DNA from: Trueperaceae bacterium
GTDB lineage: Bacteria; Deinococcota; Deinococci; Deinococcales; Trueperaceae
Direction of reading: 5' to 3'
DNA: 64,000 bases
Assembly (NCBI GenBank): GCA_965214405.1
Contig: OZ243956.1
Coordinates: 448,001 to 512,000 of the forward strand
Part shown: piece after piece, positions 9,029 to 19,746 of the stretch
Numbering within the stretch: position 1 is the stretch's first letter
Layout: each line of letters begins with the position of its first letter
Translations under genes and position numbers: made by a program
Notes under the pieces: generated by a model
Seen by the model: the letters and a program-made list of their open reading frames with translations, nothing else
What the model was told of the DNA's origin: nothing
Databases searched by the model: none

Positions 9029-10648
9029 CTACTCGAGCGCCATCACATAATAGTAAAGGTCGGGCGCGCCGGGGTGAAGCTCCAACTCCAAATCGGGGAA
9101 GCGCTCCCCCAACCGCGCCACCAAGCCCTCGGCTTCTTCTTGCTCGACCGCCGGGCTGTAGAAGAGGGTGGCGATGTCGTAATCATCGTTGTCGGCGGCT
9201 TCCAACATCTGCATAACGCAAACGTCGGGCCGGGGGGCGGTGATTTTGAGCTCGCCGTTGACGAGGCCGATATAGTCGCCCGCGGACACTTCTAGGCCGT
9301 CCAACGAGGCGTCACGGCTCGCGGTGGTGACTTCCAGGGTGAGCGCGTGCGCCACGGCGTCTTGCATCTCCTCAAAAAGCTCGTCCGCTTCGGCACCTTC
9401 GTTAAAAAGCACCGCGGCGGCGAGGCCCTGGCCGATACTTTTGGTCGGCAAAACCTTGACAGTCTTGCCCTCGACGAGTTCGCCCACACGTCCGGCGGCC
9501 AGGATGATGTTTTTGTTGTTGGGCATGACGATGACCGTGGGCGCGCCCACGCTGCGCACCGCGTCGGCGATATCCTGGACGCTCGGGTTGTTCGTCTGAC
9601 CGCCGCCGACGACCCTCGCGCCCAAGGAGCGGAACACCTTGGTCACACCGTAGCCCGCGCTCACCGCCACGAGCGCGGTTTTGGGTCTTTCCGCCGCCGC
9701 GTCGCTGGGGCTCTCACCCGCCAGAATCTCGTGGTGCTGCTCGCTCATGTCTTCGACCTTGGAGCGGACCATCGTGCCGTAGCGGGCCACGGTGGCGAGC
9801 AGTTTTTCGGGTTCTTCGGTGTGGATGTGGCCCTTGACGAAGCCCTCAGCCCCGACCACGAGCAGCGAGTCGCCAAAGGGCGCGACGAGTTCTTGAATCT
9901 CGGTCGTCGGCACGCGCACGTTTGACAGCAAGAACTCGGTGCAGAAACCGAACTCCTCCTCGTCAAACTGCGTCTGCGCTCGAGCCTCGACGGTGGGGGC
10001 CTCCGGCAGCGCCCGACCTTCATAAGCCGCGATGATGCCCTCCAACATCCGCAAGAAACCCAGGCCGCCTGCGTCCACCACGCCCGCCTGTTTGAGCAGG
10101 GGCAGCATGTCGGGGGTTTCGCGTAGGGCGGTGCGGCCCGCCTCGAGCGCGTCACGAAGCACTTGCAGGGGCTCCACCGCCTCCGCCTCCGCCGCGCCGT
10201 CCGCGGCGCGGCGCACGACGGTCAAAATGGTGCCCTCGACGGGCTTCATCACCGCGGCGTAGGCGCTCTTGGTGGCGCTCTTCAAGGCGGCCACGCACTC
10301 GGGCGCGCCCAGCGTTTTGTAGTCGCGGACGGCCTCGGCGAAGCCTTTGAGGACCTGGCTCAAAATCACGCCCGAGTTGCCGCGCGCGCCCAAGAGAGAG
10401 CCGTAAGAAAGCGCGTGCGCGAATTCGGCCATCTTTTTGGGGTTTTCTTCGCTCAGTTGCCGACGCACCGATTGCAGGGTGAGGTGCATGTTGGTGCCCG
10501 TGTCGCCGTCGGGCACGGGGTAGACGTTGAGCGCGTTCACCTCGTCTACGTAGACGCCCAACCAGTCGGTCGCAAACGAAAAGGCGGCGCAGAGGTCTTT
10601 GGGGCCGAGCGCCTTGGGCGCTCTCGGTAAGCTCATCACGTCAGCCAC
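9029..10648 (-). CDS. fakA: DAK2-domain protein, fatty acid kinase catalytic subunit FakA/YloV family
   Basis: NALNVYPVPDGDTGTNM, GARGNSGVILSQ, KPVEGTILTV, GVVDAGG, GGQTNNPS, PNNKNII. Confidence 0.92.
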   Translation of the reverse strand: MADVMSLPRAPKALGPKDLCAAFSFATDWLGVYVDEVNALNVYPVPDGDTGTNMHLTLQSVRRQLSEENPKKMAEFAHALSYGSLLGARGNSGVILSQVLKGFAEAVRDYKTLGAPECVAALKSATKSAYAAVMKPVEGTILTVVRRAADGAAEAEAVEPLQVLRDALEAGRTALRETPDMLPLLKQAGVVDAGGLGFLRMLEGIIAAYEGRALPEAPTVEARAQTQFDEEEFGFCTEFLLSNVRVPTTEIQELVAPFGDSLLVVGAEGFVKGHIHTEEPEKLLATVARYGTMVRSKVEDMSEQHHEILAGESPSDAAAERPKTALVAVSAGYGVTKVFRSLGARVVGGGQTNNPSVQDIADAVRSVGAPTVIVMPNNKNIILAAGRVGELVEGKTVKVLPTKSIGQGLAAAVLFNEGAEADELFEEMQDAVAHALTLEVTTASRDASLDGLEVSAGDYIGLVNGELKITAPRPDVCVMQMLEAADNDDYDIATLFYSPAVEQEEAEGLVARLGERFPDLELELHPGAPDLYYYVMALE

Positions 10649-11126
10649 GGCTCACCCCCGCCACATGCACCATCACCTGCGGAACCGACACGCCCGCGTA
10701 GGCCTGGGCCGCGTACTGAACGCGCTCGCGCACGCTTTCGGCGACCACCGGGATGTTGACGCCGTAGGCGACGACCACGTAAAGGTCTATCCCGTAGAGA
10801 GTTGCAGGAGCGGTTTCTTGCCCCTCGAGCCGACTCACCACCACGCCCTCGTCAGCCTGCCTCACGCCCAAAATGCGTTTGAGCCCCTCACGAATCGTCG
10901 CGGGGGCCATGCCCACCACCCCCGGCACCTCGTGCGCGGCGAGCCCGATAAGCGTCGCCAAGGCCTCGTCCGTGACGGTAACCCGGTCTCTTCCGTTCAC
11001 CGCCAGCTTGCCTGACGACTCCCCAACGAGCGTCTTGTTGACCTTGTTGACCGCGGGTTTCGGCGCGACCTTGTTTCGTTCGGACCCCTTTTGTTCGAGC
11101 CCCTTTTGTTCGGACCACATATCCAT
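10641..11126 (-). CDS. Asp23/Gls24 family protein (YloU-like)
   Basis: AAHEVPGVVGM, IDLYVVVAYGVNIPVVAESV; usual partner upstream of fakA. Confidence 0.88.
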   Translation of the reverse strand: MDMWSEQKGLEQKGSERNKVAPKPAVNKVNKTLVGESSGKLAVNGRDRVTVTDEALATLIGLAAHEVPGVVGMAPATIREGLKRILGVRQADEGVVVSRLEGQETAPATLYGIDLYVVVAYGVNIPVVAESVRERVQYAAQAYAGVSVPQVMVHVAGVSRG

Positions 11127-11285
11127 CGCAACTCCCTCGAGAAGACTCTAAAGTAGCCTATAAAACTCTAATAAGGCGCATTCTACCCCCTAACGGTTCT
11201 CCAGACCACGTTTCGCGCGTCTATCTGCCTTTTTGAGGTTTGATTAACACCTGGTTAACACTCGGCTCGAGGCGCGTGAGAGGGC

Positions 11286-11597
11286 CTAAAGGCCTTCCCA
11301 CGGCTCGAGCTCCAGCGAGCGCGCCGTGACTTCCACACGCGAGGAGACAAAATCGTCTACCTTGTTGAGCATCCCCTCGAGCCAGATTGCGTCGCTGCTA
11401 AGCGCCGTCGCGCCGATAAGCTCCCAGGTGTGGCTCTCCAAACCGTCCAACCGCGCGACCGAGACCGGGAAACGCGCCTTGAGCTTTTCGGTGATGGGCA
11501 GCACCAGCCCGCGCTTTTCTTTTAGCGAATGCGCCCAGGGCGTGCTCAAGCGGGCCAGATAAACGCCGATGTAAAGGGTCGCGGGGTCGTGTGACAT
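11286..11597 (-). CDS. DUF503 (YlxP-like) protein
   Basis: AHSLKEKR...LKARFPVSVA motif. Confidence 0.85.
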   Translation of the reverse strand: MSHDPATLYIGVYLARLSTPWAHSLKEKRGLVLPITEKLKARFPVSVARLDGLESHTWELIGATALSSDAIWLEGMLNKVDDFVSSRVEVTARSLELEPWEGL

Positions 11598-11636
11598 GAG
11601 TAAAGCGTCAAAAAGCGAGAGCCGAACGCTTCAACG

Positions 11637-11852
11637 CTACACCATCCCTGCCAAGAAGCCGATGCGCCGGAGCGCCCGAATCAAGTCCATGACGGTCAGC
11701 TCGCCGGGGTCGTATTCGACGGCGGCCTGACCGTCGAGTCCGGCGTTGGCGCTGCTCACGCCCCCGATGTCGCGCAGGGTCTTTTGCACCTTGGCGGCGG
11801 CTTCTTGGGTGTCCATGCCGCGCACGCCGAGTAACACTCGAGCCATCCTCAC
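11637..11852 (-). CDS. HMA-fold small protein lacking the CxxC metal site
   Basis: VRGM.....KVQKTLRDIGGVSSA...AAVEYDP...LIRALRRIGF matches HMA pattern; no Cys. Confidence 0.7.
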   Translation of the reverse strand: MRMARVLLGVRGMDTQEAAAKVQKTLRDIGGVSSANAGLDGQAAVEYDPGELTVMDLIRALRRIGFLAGMV

Positions 11853-12319
11853 GCCTCCTTTTGCGCGCCCCGAGACCCAAGGATGCGCTCAAATATCACG
11901 TAGTCCTTGAGACCGTAGCTTTTCTCGGTTAGCGCCCTTCGTCCCAACGCATCCCCCGCGGGGAGGAGCGCTTGCAAGTCGTACACCGCCGCGTCATAGG
12001 CGCTCTTGGTGACCGCTTCGACGAGCGCCAAACACGCGTCTAAGTCTTCCAAACTCGCATCATCCGGGTCCATAACCGCGAGCCGGTTGAGATAAACCGT
12101 CGGACGCGCGCCGTTCCAGACGGCCTGCGCGAACGCGAAGCCGACCTCCCGCCCGGAACGTACCGCCACAAAAGCGTGACCGCTCCGCACGTAAAAGGAG
12201 AGTGAGGCGCGCGAGACCAAGGGCTCGAGTTCAAAACGCCGCGCGTAGGCCGCGTCAACGGGCGCTAAAACGTCCTCGTCGTCGGGCGTTAGCGGTCTAG
12301 CAAAGACGAGGCTTCCCAT
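11849..12319 (-). CDS. DUF1999-type GNAT-fold protein
   Basis: [34 protein letters not shown]. Confidence 0.75.
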   Translation of the reverse strand: MGSLVFARPLTPDDEDVLAPVDAAYARRFELEPLVSRASLSFYVRSGHAFVAVRSGREVGFAFAQAVWNGARPTVYLNRLAVMDPDDASLEDLDACLALVEAVTKSAYDAAVYDLQALLPAGDALGRRALTEKSYGLKDYVIFERILGSRGAQKEA

Positions 12320-12771
12320 AAACCCGACTTTCCCCCCTCTTTTCTTAACAGACGGATGTTTTCAATCATGATGCCCTTGCCCTTGCCCTTGAGCATGTCG
12401 TAAAGCGTCAAACACGCGACGCTCGCCGCGGTGAGCGCCTCCATCTCGACGCCTGTGGGGCCGGTCGTTTTGCAGGTCGCGGTAAAGCGCACCCGCCGCG
12501 CCTCCTCTTCGAGCGTGCCCGCCACCGCCACCTTGGTAAGCGGCAGCGGGTGACAGAGCGGGATAAGCTCGCTCGTGCGCTTTGCCGCCATGATGCCCGC
12601 GAGTTCGGCCACCGCGATAGCGTCTCCCTTACTTGTGCCACCCTCTTGTAGCGCTTTCAAAGCCGCCTCCGGCAACGTCACGAAAGCTTCCGCCACCGCG
12701 ACCCTAAGCGTATCGGCCTTGTTTGATACGTCCACCATCACCGCTTTGCCGTTTTCGAAGTGGTTCGACAC
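12289..12771 (-). CDS. moaC: Cyclic pyranopterin monophosphate synthase MoaC
   Basis: [45 protein letters not shown]; start reassigned to GTG 12771 with TATACT 7 nt upstream. Confidence 0.93.
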   Translation of the reverse strand: MSNHFENGKAVMVDVSNKADTLRVAVAEAFVTLPEAALKALQEGGTSKGDAIAVAELAGIMAAKRTSELIPLCHPLPLTKVAVAGTLEEEARRVRFTATCKTTGPTGVEMEALTAASVACLTLYDMLKGKGKGIMIENIRLLRKEGGKSGLWEASSLLDR

Positions 12772-12960
12772 GAGGCTCAGTATACGTGACCGAGGGAGAG
12801 AGTTTGCGTGGGCTTTCTCTCTATGAGAGAACTGTTCAGGTTGCGCTGAGCTTGAAGTCGCTGAGGAAGGCATAGCGAGGAAGTACCGAGACCTGAGTGG
12901 AAAGTCGAAAACAGAGAACAAAACGCTTTTTCTTCTGCTCAAGGCGGTGCGGGAGCCCAG

Positions 12961-13746
12961 TCAACTTCTTTGGTAGATGTTCTCCTCGAGCCCCGCCCAC
13001 GCCGTATACCCCGCCTCGGCAAAATAGAGCCCGTGCGGCGGCACGTTGGGACCCGCGCGTTGGCGGTCGCGTGAGGCGAGGATTTCTGGGATGTCCTCCG
13101 GGGCCAGCTTGCCCTCACCCACGTAAAGCAGCGTGCCGACAACCGCGCGGACCATGTTGCGTAAAAAACCGTCGCCGACGACGTGGAGCGTGAGATTTGG
13201 TTCTTTCACCTCGAGCCTGCACAAGAACAACGTCCGCTCCGTCCCGCGCGTTTCTTGCGTGGCGAGCGCGGCAAAGTCATGTGGACCCTCAAAAAGGGGC
13301 GCGGCGCGCGCCATCGCGTCTAGATCCAGACGCCGCGACAAAAAAAGAATGTGATGACGCTCCAACGCCCGTCCCTGAGTACCTTCTCCCACGAGGCGCA
13401 TCCGGTACACGTAGCGGCGGTAAAGGCAGTCGAACTGAGACTGAAACGTCAGCGGGACCTCTTCGGCTTTCAGTACAACCACGTCCCTCGGCAGGCGCAC
13501 ATTGAGCGCCGGGGGCACTTTATTGACGGGAATGTTGTCTTCGGTATCGTAGTGCGCGACCATTGCGAGCGCGTGGACGCCCGCGTCGGTGCGGCCCGCG
13601 GCCATGATTCTGGGGCGCGCGCCGGGCAAGGTTGCCAGGGCCTTTTCAACCACCCCCTGCACCGTCCTCTCCCCCGTTTTGGCCTGCACCTGCCAGCCGT
13701 AAAAGCCGGTGCCGTCGTACTCGAGCGTGAGCCTGATGCGCCGCAC
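12961..13746 (-). CDS. truA: tRNA pseudouridine(38-40) synthase TruA
   Basis: YDGTGFYGWQ, AGRTDAGVHA, GFLRNMVR, PPHGLYF. Confidence 0.96.
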   Translation of the reverse strand: MRRIRLTLEYDGTGFYGWQVQAKTGERTVQGVVEKALATLPGARPRIMAAGRTDAGVHALAMVAHYDTEDNIPVNKVPPALNVRLPRDVVVLKAEEVPLTFQSQFDCLYRRYVYRMRLVGEGTQGRALERHHILFLSRRLDLDAMARAAPLFEGPHDFAALATQETRGTERTLFLCRLEVKEPNLTLHVVGDGFLRNMVRAVVGTLLYVGEGKLAPEDIPEILASRDRQRAGPNVPPHGLYFAEAGYTAWAGLEENIYQRS

Positions 13747-13755
13747 AAGGATCGG

Positions 13756-14628
13756 TTAAAGAAGAGGCTTCGCCCGTCGCGGCGTGAGGCGCGCGGCTCT
13801 GGCGAGCAGGGGCGTCAGCGCGAGGCCGGTGTAGCCGAGGGCGAGGTAGCGGACGAACCCCCCCACGGGGTCGCGTTTGACGGCTTCGGGCAGGAGGAGG
13901 CTCGAGCCCACAAGCACCGCGAACACCAGCACCAGGCCGAGCAGCGCGACCAATGCGCGCCGCCACAAGGGCGCGTCGGCGCGGTAGGGGACGAGGGCGG
14001 GCGCGGTAAAAAAGGCCGCGAGGCCGCCCATGAGCAGTTCGGAACTGGGGACGGGCAAAAAGAGGTGAAACGCGAGCGGAGCGCCGATGCCGAGAACAAG
14101 CGTGAGCCACAGGGGCGGCGTCATGCGCGTAAGGAGCGTGTCGACCGCGTAAGCCAGCGCAATCACCCCCACGCCGACGACGAGGCCGCCGACTATATCT
14201 ATGGGTAAGTGAACACCCAGATACACGCGGCTGAGCGAAATGAGCGCGATGATGAGCCCCGCCAAGGCCCAAAACCACCCCCGCCGCAGCCGGAGCGCCA
14301 TGTATCCCCAATAGGTCATGCTCGCCTGCGCGTGACCGCTCGGGAAGCCCGGCCCCGTTCCCGTTTCTCTCGCTAAGTCGCTCCGCACCACCGACGGGTC
14401 CAAAACGTAAGGGCGCGGCGTGTCGAAAAAACTTTTGAGTTCGTAGTTGAGGTAAAAAGAGAGGAGCAAGTAAACGCCGACGTGCCGCCCCAAGCGCGCG
14501 TCCACACCCAAATAGGTAATGACGAGCAGCGCGATGTACGCCTGCTCAGACCCCAGATTGGTAAGAAGCAAAAAAAGCGTGTCGAGCGTTGGCGAGGCCC
14601 AGGTTTGTAGAAAGTGAATCGTCTCCAT
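13756..14628 (-). CDS. PAP2-family membrane phosphatase
   Basis: K...PRP, FPSGHA, SRVYLGVHLPIDI; multiple TM segments. Confidence 0.9.
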   Translation of the reverse strand: METIHFLQTWASPTLDTLFLLLTNLGSEQAYIALLVITYLGVDARLGRHVGVYLLLSFYLNYELKSFFDTPRPYVLDPSVVRSDLARETGTGPGFPSGHAQASMTYWGYMALRLRRGWFWALAGLIIALISLSRVYLGVHLPIDIVGGLVVGVGVIALAYAVDTLLTRMTPPLWLTLVLGIGAPLAFHLFLPVPSSELLMGGLAAFFTAPALVPYRADAPLWRRALVALLGLVLVFAVLVGSSLLLPEAVKRDPVGGFVRYLALGYTGLALTPLLARAARLTPRRAKPLL

Positions 14629-14742
14629 GTGTTTCCTTTGTATCCCCTCAGTATCTCCTCGAAATCCGCCTCATCCTAGCATCCGACTAACCCAGTAAGC
14701 GGGGACGTTGAACCGGGCTCGAGGACGTGCAAGCATACAAAA

Positions 14743-16050
14743 ATGAATACGACGCATTCACAAGAACTCTTCGGACGCGCCCAGCGCCTCATCCCCGGCG
14801 GCGTCAACTCCCCCGTGCGCGCTTTCGGCTCCGTCGGCGGCACGCCGAGGTTTATCAAAAGGGCCGAGGGCGCTAAGCTTTGGGACGTAGACGGCAACGA
14901 ATATATCGACGCCGTCGGCTCGTGGGGGCCGATGATTTTGGGGCACGCGCACCCAAAAGTGTTAGAGGCGATTCAAGACGCGCTAAGCGACGGGACGAGT
15001 TTTGGCGCGCCCACCGAGCGTGAGGTGCGTATGGCCGAACTCGTGCTGGGGCGCTACGGAGGCTGCGACCGCCTCCGCTTCGTCAACTCGGGCACCGAGG
15101 CCACGATGAGCGCCTTGCGCGTCGCGCGGGGCGCAACGGGGCGAGACTTTATCGTCAAGTTCGCGGGCAACTACCACGGTCACGCGGACGCGCTCTTGGT
15201 CGCGGCGGGTTCGGGCGCGATGACGACGGGGGTGCCCTCGAGCGCAGGCGTCCCCCAGGACACCGCCAAAACCACCCTCGTCGCGCGTTACAACGATCTG
15301 GACTCGGTGCGTGAACTTTTTGAAGCGCACCCGGACGAGATTGCGGCGGTGATTCTCGAGCCCGTCGTCGGCAACATGGGCGTGGTCGTGCCGACAAGTG
15401 AATTTTTGGAGGGCTTACGCGCCCTCACCCGGCAGCACGGCGCGCTGCTCGTGGCCGACGAGGTGATGACGGGGTTTCGCCTCGCACCGGGCGGCGCGGT
15501 GGAGCGCCTTGGCATCGACGCCGATTTGGTGTGTTGGGGCAAGATTATCGGCGGCGGTTTGCCTGTTGGGGCTTACGGCGGCAAGGGTGAACTGATGGAC
15601 CAGGTGTCGCCCATCGGCAAGGTGTATCAGGCGGGCACCCTGTCGGGCAACCCGCTGGCGATGGCGGCGGGCATCGCCACGCTGGAAACGATGAACGAGA
15701 CGCCCGACCTTTATGAGGTGTTGGAGGCGCGGACGGAGAGGCTCGAGCGTGGTCTCCACGAAGCCGCCGAGGGCGCAGGCGTTCCCGTCACCATCAACCG
15801 CATCGGCTCGATGATTACGGTGTTCTTTACAGATGAGCCGGTGACTGATTTTGAGAGCGCGAGCGCTACCGATACCGTACGCTTCGGGAAATGGTTTCAC
15901 GGCTTATTGGAGCGCGGCGTCTACTGGCCCGCGAGCGCCTTTGAGGCGGCCTTCTTTTCGTATGCGCATTCGGAAGAGGACATGGACATTATCGTGGCGG
16001 CGGCGCGCGGGTCATTTACGGAGGTGGCGAAAGCCGGGAAAAGAGGATGA
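14743..16050 (+). CDS. hemL: Glutamate-1-semialdehyde 2,1-aminomutase
   Basis: PGGVNSPVRAF, RFVNSGTEATM, YHGHAD, DEVMTGFR, GKIIGGGLP, YQAGTLSGNP. Confidence 0.97.
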   Translation: MNTTHSQELFGRAQRLIPGGVNSPVRAFGSVGGTPRFIKRAEGAKLWDVDGNEYIDAVGSWGPMILGHAHPKVLEAIQDALSDGTSFGAPTEREVRMAELVLGRYGGCDRLRFVNSGTEATMSALRVARGATGRDFIVKFAGNYHGHADALLVAAGSGAMTTGVPSSAGVPQDTAKTTLVARYNDLDSVRELFEAHPDEIAAVILEPVVGNMGVVVPTSEFLEGLRALTRQHGALLVADEVMTGFRLAPGGAVERLGIDADLVCWGKIIGGGLPVGAYGGKGELMDQVSPIGKVYQAGTLSGNPLAMAAGIATLETMNETPDLYEVLEARTERLERGLHEAAEGAGVPVTINRIGSMITVFFTDEPVTDFESASATDTVRFGKWFHGLLERGVYWPASAFEAAFFSYAHSEEDMDIIVAAARGSFTEVAKAGKRG

Positions 16051-16140
16051 CCCACAGTTCTCCATTTGCATCGTTGCTAAGCTTACAAAGCTTGAATTTA
16101 TGCTCAAGCCTTGTCAATAAACTTTGTAAAGGGGGAAAGT

Positions 16141-16866
16141 ATGAAAATAATCAAGTTTTTGTCTCTGGCATTGGCCCTCACGTTTTTCGTGTCGGCTTCG
16201 GCACAGGTCTTCGACTCCAATCTCTTTGAACCACTTGGGGACGTGACTGTCGGAGATTACGGCGTATATGACGTAGCCGACAGTGGCCGCATCATCTTGT
16301 CGGCCACCACGCCCACCGACCAGGAGCCCAATTACGACGTGGTGGGACCCAACAACTACTATGAACGCTTCGACATCTCGGACAATCCCGGTGACGAGCG
16401 GGGGCTCGAGAACTTGCTACCCGGCGTCTACTCCATCGCCGCCTCGGACGAAGGCTTGCAGCTTTCCGCCACCTTAGTCGAGGTGCGCGCGGGCGAAACC
16501 GTGCCGGTGAACTTCAACCTGCAACCGATGGACACGGCGGCGTATGACATCGCCGACTATTCGCCCTACGCGTACGGCTACTCGGCGGACTACAACACGC
16601 TGGGAACCTATACGCCTTACGACAACCCCGACTTGGGCAGCGTCGTGGTGACGGCTGACATTCCCGGCACTGAGGTTATCGTCACCGGCCCCAACGGCTA
16701 CAGCGAGAACTTCGAGACCCAGGCGACGCTGGACGACCTGCCCCCCGGCACCTACGTGGTGGCCGCGACGGGACAGGGCTACGACACCTCCAGGAACGTT
16801 TTTGAGGTCCGCGCGGGTGAGAGGCTCGAGACCACGACGTCGGTCGCCGCTACCACTGCACAGTAA
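16141..16866 (+). CDS. Secreted protein with two PEGA/prealbumin-like beta-sandwich repeats
   Basis: Signal peptide ...SASAQ; repeats VVGPNNY...LLPGVYSI...EVRAGET and VTGPNGY...LPPGTYVV...EVRAGER. Confidence 0.7.
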   Translation: MKIIKFLSLALALTFFVSASAQVFDSNLFEPLGDVTVGDYGVYDVADSGRIILSATTPTDQEPNYDVVGPNNYYERFDISDNPGDERGLENLLPGVYSIAASDEGLQLSATLVEVRAGETVPVNFNLQPMDTAAYDIADYSPYAYGYSADYNTLGTYTPYDNPDLGSVVVTADIPGTEVIVTGPNGYSENFETQATLDDLPPGTYVVAATGQGYDTSRNVFEVRAGERLETTTSVAATTAQ

Positions 16867-16912
16867 ACCCACAATGACGAACGTGGCTTAGCGGAATAAA
16901 TCGGTACTAAGG

Positions 16913-16941
16913 ATGCCGGGATTTCAAGTCCCGGCATTTTC
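16913..16941 (+). terminator. Intrinsic terminator
   Basis: ATGCCGGGA...TCCCGGCAT hairpin then T tract. Confidence 0.8.
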
Positions 16942-17067
16942 TTGTTTGCGTTTAGGAACCGCTATTCTGTCAGCTCGAGCTGTTGACACAAGAAAAAGTG
17001 CGCAAGAAAGCGTCGTACGTCCTCCTATTTTTCTCGTCTCTTTGCACCGCTGGGGTAGGATAAAAGA

Positions 17068-17967
17068 ATGAAACGTTTTGTCTTCGTCCTCCTCGCGCTT
17101 GTCGGCTTCCTCCTCGTTTGGGGCGTGGCCGAGCCTTATTTTATCGACGAGCAAACGTACGAGGTCGGGATTCCCAACCTTCCGGCCTCTTTAGAGGGAA
17201 AACAGGTTGCCGTGATTGCGGACATGCAAGTCGGGATGTGGCTCGGCAACACCTGGACAATCGAGCGCATCGTCGACAGGATTATTAACGATAAACCTGC
17301 CGCGGTCCTTATCGCGGGTGATTTTGTCTATCACGTCGAGGGGGGCTCGAGCCTCACAGTGACCAAGGCGGTTTCTCTGGTCGCGCCTTTGGCCGAGGCA
17401 GGCCTGCCGACCTACGCGGTTTTGGGCAACCACGATTACGCGATGCCCACCAGCCAAGCGCCCAGAGACGAGGCGCTGGCTAGCGCGGTGCAACGGGCGC
17501 TCGAGGACGCCGGAATCACGGTGCTCCAAAACCAGGCCGCGCCCCTCCCCACCCAAACGGACGAGCCGCCCCTTTACATCGTCGGCGTGGGCGCACACGT
17601 CGCCGATGAGGATAGGCCCGAGCTTGCTCTTGCCGAGGTGCCGGACGACGCCCCGCGACTCGCGCTCATGCACCACCCGGAATCGTTCAAGGCGTTTCCC
17701 GCGGACACCGCGCCGCTGGCCGTGGCAGGCCACACGCACGGGGGACAGTTTCGCATCCCCTTTACCCCCTCCTGGACCTGGATGTCCTACACCAGCGAGG
17801 ACGAAATTCACGCGGACGGGTTTATTAAGAACTACGGCGCGGCGGGCAACCAGCTTTATGTAAACCAGGGCATCGGTTTTAGCGTCGTCCCGCTAAGGCT
17901 CAACGCGCCTCCCGAACTCACTCTCTTTACACTTCGCCGAGGGAGCGGCGCGGAGACAACGCGGTAA
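17068..17967 (+). CDS. Membrane-anchored metallophosphoesterase (YkuE-like)
   Basis: ADMQ, AGDFV, LGNHD, MHHP, AGHTHGGQ, NQGIG. Confidence 0.9.
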   Translation: MKRFVFVLLALVGFLLVWGVAEPYFIDEQTYEVGIPNLPASLEGKQVAVIADMQVGMWLGNTWTIERIVDRIINDKPAAVLIAGDFVYHVEGGSSLTVTKAVSLVAPLAEAGLPTYAVLGNHDYAMPTSQAPRDEALASAVQRALEDAGITVLQNQAAPLPTQTDEPPLYIVGVGAHVADEDRPELALAEVPDDAPRLALMHHPESFKAFPADTAPLAVAGHTHGGQFRIPFTPSWTWMSYTSEDEIHADGFIKNYGAAGNQLYVNQGIGFSVVPLRLNAPPELTLFTLRRGSGAETTR

Positions 17968-17976
17968 CCTATTAAG

Positions 17977-18056
17977 AAGATGGGGTGTAGAGAGATGGGG
18001 AGCGCAGGCTTTCTCTTTTCTCCCCAACACCCCGTCTCCCCCGCTCCCCACCTCAG
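17977..18056. repeat. STRR-like 8-mer purine/pyrimidine inverted repeat array
   Basis: GATGGGGT..GATGGGGA versus TCTCCCCA ACACCCCG TCTCCCCC GCTCCCCA. Confidence 0.55.
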
Positions 18057-18127
18057 TTCACACCTTACTTCCTGCGGTAGACTTAGCGCCAAAGGCCCAA
18101 GGACGTAAAAGGACGTAAGGAGCAACC

Positions 18128-18478
18128 ATGACTCATCCTGATTGCATTTTCTGCCAGATTATCGCGGGTAAAATTCCTGCTGACAAAGTCTACGAGACGA
18201 ACCACCACATCGCCTTCCGCGACATCCAGCCCAAAGCGCCCGTGCATCTGCTCGTGGTGCCCAAAACGCACTCCGCGCGGCTAGACGAGATGGCGGCGGG
18301 CGGGAACACGCCGGTTCTGGGCGAACTTTTCGGGGCGGCCATCGGAGCCGCCGAGGCCAACGACTTAGGCGACTACCGTTTGGTGGTCAACGTCGGACCC
18401 AAGGCGGGGCAAGAGGTGTTTCACACGCACGTACACGTTTTGGCAGGCTGGCCGGAACGCGCTGAAAACGTCCGGTGA
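18128..18478 (+). CDS. HIT family nucleotide-binding protein (HinT-like)
   Basis: DCIFCQII, AFRDIQPKAPVHLLVVPK, GQEVFHTHVHVL. Confidence 0.93.
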   Translation: MTHPDCIFCQIIAGKIPADKVYETNHHIAFRDIQPKAPVHLLVVPKTHSARLDEMAAGGNTPVLGELFGAAIGAAEANDLGDYRLVVNVGPKAGQEVFHTHVHVLAGWPERAENVR

Positions 18479-18546
18479 GGGGAAGGTAAGCGAGGCAAGT
18501 TGGGAGCTGGATGACGCGCAGCCTTGAGGCGCGGTAGGCTGGGGAC

Positions 18547-19746
18547 ATGAAGCTTTCGCCGCCCGACGGCACCCGTTACACCTTTTCACAAGACGCGGTT
18601 CGGCGTTTGGAAATTGTAGACACGCTGCGGCGTCTTTATGAGAGTTGGGGCTACGCGCCCGTCGAGCCCCCCGCCCTCGAGCACTACGACCCCGCGCACC
18701 CCGCCGCCGCCAAATCGTTCAAGCTCTCCGACCGCGACTCGGGCGTGCTGGCCCTGCGCGCCGACTTTACCCCGGCCTTAGCGCGTTTGGTGCGCCTTTA
18801 CTATCCTGAGGCGGCGGGTGCGAGCGCGGGTATGGATAACAGCACGCCCCACCGCTTCCACTACTGCGGCACCCTGTGGCAGGCCATCGACCCGGACTTA
18901 GCGCGCACCCGCGAGTTTACGCAAGTGGGCCTCGAGCTTGTCGGCGTCTCCAACCCAAAGGCCGACGCCGAACTCGTCCACTTGGCGTGCGAGTCGGTGC
19001 GCGCGGTGGGCCTAATCCCCCGCGTGGAGCTTGGCAACCCCGGCTTTGTGCGCGCGCTTTTCGACCTTGCCAAGGTGCCCTTTGAGGCGCGCGAAGGGCT
19101 GGCGGACGCCATCGACCGCAAGGACGTGTGTACGCTCGAGGAACTGCTCGAGCCCCTCCCCCTTGCCCCCGACCTCCGCCGCGCCTTTTCAACCCTGCCC
19201 GACCTCTACGGCGACGTTCATGGTGAGATGGGCGTCCTCGAGGCGGCGCGGGCGGTTGCGCCTTGGGCGGAAACGCGGCTCGAGCTTGACCGCTTGGAGG
19301 CTATCTTGGGTGAATTCGAGGACGACAGCGAACTCCTGCTCGACTTGGGCATGGCGCGGCGGCACCGCTACTACACGGGGATGATGTTTCGCGCCTACAC
19401 CTTTGACTTCGGGCAGCCCCTCCTGGGCGGGGGCCGCTACGACGGGGCGCTCTTGCCCTACGCGGCGGGTTTCGCACTCGGTTTAGAACGTCTCATGAAC
19501 GCCCTGTCGCCCGCGGACACCGCCTCGATACCCCTTGCGCTGAGTTTGGACGACACCCTCGCCCGGCGCTTACGCGCGGCGGGCTACGTGGTGGAGCGCG
19601 CTCTCGAGCCCAGTTTGGAGAAAGCACGACGGTACGCACAAGCCCGAGGCATCCCCTATTTGCTGACCCAAGTCGGTCTCGAGCCGCTCACCCCCCACCC
19701 GCCTCACGTCGAGGATTTGAGCGCGCTTCTCGAGGGGGTCTCGTGA
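18547..19746 (+). CDS. hisZ: ATP phosphoribosyltransferase regulatory subunit
   Basis: [29 protein letters not shown]; overlaps hisG start. Confidence 0.92.
   Translation: MKLSPPDGTRYTFSQDAVRRLEIVDTLRRLYESWGYAPVEPPALEHYDPAHPAAAKSFKLSDRDSGVLALRADFTPALARLVRLYYPEAAGASAGMDNSTPHRFHYCGTLWQAIDPDLARTREFTQVGLELVGVSNPKADAELVHLACESVRAVGLIPRVELGNPGFVRALFDLAKVPFEAREGLADAIDRKDVCTLEELLEPLPLAPDLRRAFSTLPDLYGDVHGEMGVLEAARAVAPWAETRLELDRLEAILGEFEDDSELLLDLGMARRHRYYTGMMFRAYTFDFGQPLLGGGRYDGALLPYAAGFALGLERLMNALSPADTASIPLALSLDDTLARRLRAAGYVVERALEPSLEKARRYAQARGIPYLLTQVGLEPLTPHPPHVEDLSALLEGVS

Noticed and set aside
12772..12960. Moco riboswitch or N-terminal extension of moaC (ORF track start 12942)
   Set aside because: No Moco motif recognised; TATACT-GTG at 12771 gives a normal-length MoaC
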